From Carcharhinus longimanus (lineage: Eukaryota), in assembly GCA_030264375.1 (NCBI GenBank), contig JASCQW010000061.1, forward strand, positions 73,836,761 through 73,900,760: a stretch of 64,000 bases of DNA, given 5' to 3'. Positions within the stretch are counted from its first letter, which is position 1, and each line of letters starts with the position of its first letter. The position numbers were made by a program, and so were the translations under genes. Positions 60,500 to 64,000 of this stretch are shown here, piece after piece. The notes beneath the pieces were generated by a model. The model saw only the letters and a list, made by a program, of their open reading frames with translations, was not told the DNA's origin and did no database searches.

Positions 60500-61346
60500 A
60501 ATATTAAAGGGAATAAAGCCTAGGGAACGTACTACTAGAAATGTTGCTACTTTGTTCCCTGTGTATGATTCTTAAAGAGTTAAGATCCGTACTTGATCAT
60601 TTTACCAACCTGATTATTTGACTCACATACGCAAGCTCCGGTTTTGATGCAAACTGCCATGAAATAGTATTTTACTTTGTAAGATCTATAAGGTTCTGCC
60701 CAAACCCCCTTGTGCAAATAATAAAATATATACGGGGCAAAAGGGATGTGCTCAAGTGACTGAACTCATTTCTGGTCGGTTCCACTGTGTTTGTTAGTAA
60801 ATTAGTCATTAAACAAGGGATTAGAGTTAATGATGGTTAAACAATTTGTGCTGTCTCATAAGCAGTTTTATAAAATGTGTCTAATTTGGCATGATGTATC
60901 GAATTCTCATTATCACTGTGGCTATTGGTATGGGAGAGATGATACTGGGCTTCAAGAAATCTCAGTGATTTTATCTCTCTGATTTTTATGGATCTGGGCA
61001 CATCTCTCAAACTTTGCAGAGGCCTGACTGCTTTTTTTTAAAATCTAGAATTACTAAACTGATTATCCCTGTGAACCAAAAGCTGTTCCGCAAACCTCCT
61101 TAAACACTGAAGACAGGGGATCCTCCCAGTCATCACAGCAAATGTGAAAAGGCCAAGGCTCCCAAGCACCGCCAGTGCAAGTGAGTTCTGAAAACCTTTG
61201 TCCTGAGCAAGAGCACACTGGCAATTCACTGTCGCTGCTGGGACCTTCCCTTTTATTGTGGAAGTTGTTTCTGTGGTTTTAATTATTTTAATGGGCACAT
61301 GGGATCACAGCATGGTGTTTAAATTCATTCTGGAACCCTGTGTGCA

Positions 61347-61431
61347 GCTGGCGACCTTTAAGTGATAGTTCACTCAAGTGGATTATTGTTTTCATTCTTC
61401 ATTTGAGTGAATTATCACTTGTTCGGGCAGT
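61347..61431 (+). ncRNA. Candidate intronic RNA hairpin (pre-miRNA-like)
   Basis: 61359-61382 pairs without interruption with 61398-61421 (24 bp including 4 G-U pairs), with a 15-nt loop and an imperfect basal stem. No expression evidence is available. Confidence 0.35.
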
Positions 61432-64000
61432 GAAAATAACATTCAATTCCACAGAGTTGAACAGATTAATTTAATTAATTAGTGAAGGATTCAAAGTTCC
61501 TAGCCACAAAACACTTATAAATATAATTTTGTGCATCAAAAAAAGATTTAACTCTTAAAGAGCGTTTGTATCATTTCTGAGATTAACTGCCTAGAGTTCT
61601 TGTTTGTTCAAACAGGACCTGCAGAAAGAATGTTTTATGTCTAGAGATCAAGGTGCCTGTTGATTTACCAAAACCATGACAGTCTGTGCATAGCTTTTAT
61701 TTCAACCAGCAAAGCTAAAGGAAAGTGTGCTTTACTACTGTTAGCCATGACTTTTTTTTCCAGCCTAAACAATATTCATGTCAACTGGTTTGGAATTGAA
61801 AACAATTGTGTTGTTCCTTCCAAAAATCAATTATCTGAAAAATTTATACAGCCATCTTGAAATTATCAAAGACGATGGCAAAAATGTAAGTCAATTTTCA
61901 GCTGCAGAAGTGAGACTGTGAATGATTTGAAAGGGATGATTTTTTTTAAAAGAAAATGCCCCATAGCTTTGAAAATTTCCTGGAGCATTTATATAAATTG
62001 TGTTTGCCTGCAATAGTCTTGTCGCTCAAACATTGAGAGTCTGATTCTTCAACCAGAAGGTAACAGGTTTGCACCTTTGCTTAAGCTGCTAAAACAACCT
62101 GCCGTCAATGCTGGACTGAGGTCTGTTACTTTGCAGCGGAACTGATACATGGAACACCAGTTCATTTCGCGAAAAGCCAGCGCTGTCAAGCTCAACTCAC
62201 TGAAAACCCTATTTGGCTGACTAATTGAACAGAAGGAGCTGTGTGTGTCAAGATGGCCCTGGGCTAGAAGAGTTGTATTGGTGAGCAGATATTTTTGAGG
62301 GAGAGGATTGCAGGGGGGGTGTGAGACGTGAAAATAAAATGAAAATAGATGAGACCTTTCATGTTTCTAAAGCATTCAACATATTCCTTTAATAAGTCCG
62401 TAAATTGTACTTGTTTAATAACAATTAAAGTAAATTATTGAACTTTATAGCATTCTATTTATTTTGAATAAGGTGAAATGTTGCTTTCGTGTAAATATCT
62501 CAGCAGTTCAAGAGTTAAATTGCGTGCCTGTCATAGAAGTAAAGAATTTTCCTCATGTGAAGGAGACGGTTTCAGTAAATTGTGATTTGTTCCATTCCTT
62601 TCTCAGACCACATCAGACGGTGTCTGAGAACAGGATGGGATGGATCACATGGCTAAAGGAAGGGAATGCGCTCCTTGAAACATTTTTTAATGAGAGGATC
62701 TGAAAGCTTTGCTTGGTTAAAAAAAATCGGACAACTTAAGTTGATTTCCTGTAAATAGTGGTAGAATTTTTCTTTGTGCATGTGAGAGGGCCTGTACTGC
62801 ACAGTCTGTGCTTTAGTTTGCTCGAAGTAAATGTTGAAAACAACCCAGTAAAAAGAGAANNNNCAACCGTGAAAATCGCTCACCGCCAGTGAACCATTAG
62901 CTCGGAAAGACTGGCTCAGCTTTTAGACCTATTCCCATCTTTCCTTAGATTTCCATTCAACATTAAAAGCAAAAGTTCTACCCGTTTGGAATAAAAATCA
63001 ATATAATCACCCAATTAATATATTGTATTTTATCGGGTACCTGGGTAAATGTAGCAACTTTGTATTTTTGAATTTAAGGACAGAAGTTTTATGTTGGACT
63101 TCTCAACGAGGTAATCGTAATTGGTCCATAAAGTTTTCAAAGGAGAGCTTTCTTTGGCATCAACCCGATGTATGTTAACAAATTTATGGCTTTTTTAAAA
63201 AGTGTTGTGCAACAACATGTTGCATGGCAGTGACGGAGGAAGTACATCTGATCTTTGTGGGAGGGGTTTGTCTTAGAAATCTCAGCTTGTGAATTTGCAT
63301 TGTGTTTTCTGGGTCACTCAGCTGCTCTGCCATTCTAATGATCGGACACCTTTGGTGCGCCGCGGCTGCAACATAGATTTTCAGGTGGGATCGAGCATGT
63401 TTGGTGGCGTCTGGAGAACTCTGAAGATGTTAGAGGAGGGATTTGTGTCAGCCATGCCGGTGATGACTCGGTGATGAACCGTTAAATAAAATGATCTGTC
63501 CCCAGGCTAGACTGTTGGTCCTTTGCCAAGCAGTAATCCAGTACAATTAACCATCAAAGAGACGGGTGCGAGAGAATATTATTACAGATTGGTATGCAGC
63601 CACCTGAGAAAGCAGAGAGCTTTACAAGAGCAGCAGCTGAAAGCGATAACATTGTTGTATTATTGTGTTCCACTTCCTTGTATTTAAATCCTTATTGTGC
63701 TGTGTAAGAATAAGCCAAAGCCACTGCACTCATACAAATGTCACTTTCAGTTTGGAGTCCTTTGAAATTGCATATTTCCAGGTAGTATTTGCTTTTTGAT
63801 GGAATCTGTTTATGCAGTTCTTAAATCTCCAACTGGCCTGCACAAGTGAGAGGAAATAGCAGTCGGCAGAGGTCATAATATAGAACTTCAGCTCTGGACA
63901 GTCATTGTTAAGATTCTCTGAAAAGATCCCTTTTTAAAAAAACAAGTATAACCGCATTTGATTATATAATCTCAATAAATGTGCACTAGCTGTTTACTTT

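Larger units (their letters stand above)
5567..64000 (+). other. ZFHX4: Very long ZFHX4 intron (more than 58 kb, extends past the window end)
   Basis: Canonical GTAAG donor. No ORF resembling the next ZFHX4 exon (expected to begin HLQ... with a C2H2 finger) appears in the ORF track. The content is transposons plus non-coding blocks. Confidence 0.8.

Overview
Eukaryotic vertebrate DNA, AT-rich, with several assembly gaps. The repeat content (HE1-type V-SINEs, SacSINE1-like Deu-SINEs, CR1/L2 LINEs, Penelope-like elements) points to a cartilaginous fish, most likely a shark. The window holds the 5' part of ZFHX4 (zinc finger homeobox 4) on the + strand: the end of an upstream intron, the large first coding exon (1003-3620, ATG at 1049), a 1.4-kb intron, the next coding exon (5064-5566), and then about 58 kb of one very long intron. 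The following exon was not found in the window. The long intron alternates between decayed, often nested transposons and repeat-free blocks rich in homeodomain, SOX and TCF motifs that are candidate conserved enhancers. The transposons include several SINE families, CR1 and L2 fragments, Penelope remnants, a Ty3/Gypsy provirus remnant, LTRs and GC-rich elements with terminal inverted repeats. Main leads: (1) a 24-bp pre-miRNA-like hairpin at about 61.35-61.43 kb whose wobble pairs all favour the host-gene strand; (2) a Penelope-derived, sometimes palindromic, repeat family carrying decayed minimal hammerhead-ribozyme cores plus a strong sense splice acceptor; (3) three upstream AUGs, one in each frame, within 30 nt of the ZFHX4 start; (4) V-SINEs with two interchangeable tails and SINE/LINE tail-sharing pairs; (5) a 33-bp inverted duplication suggesting a local inversion. 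Almost all short ORFs in the supplied track are spurious or derived from transposons. Family names and human comparisons come from recall, not from a search, and repeat boundaries are approximate.
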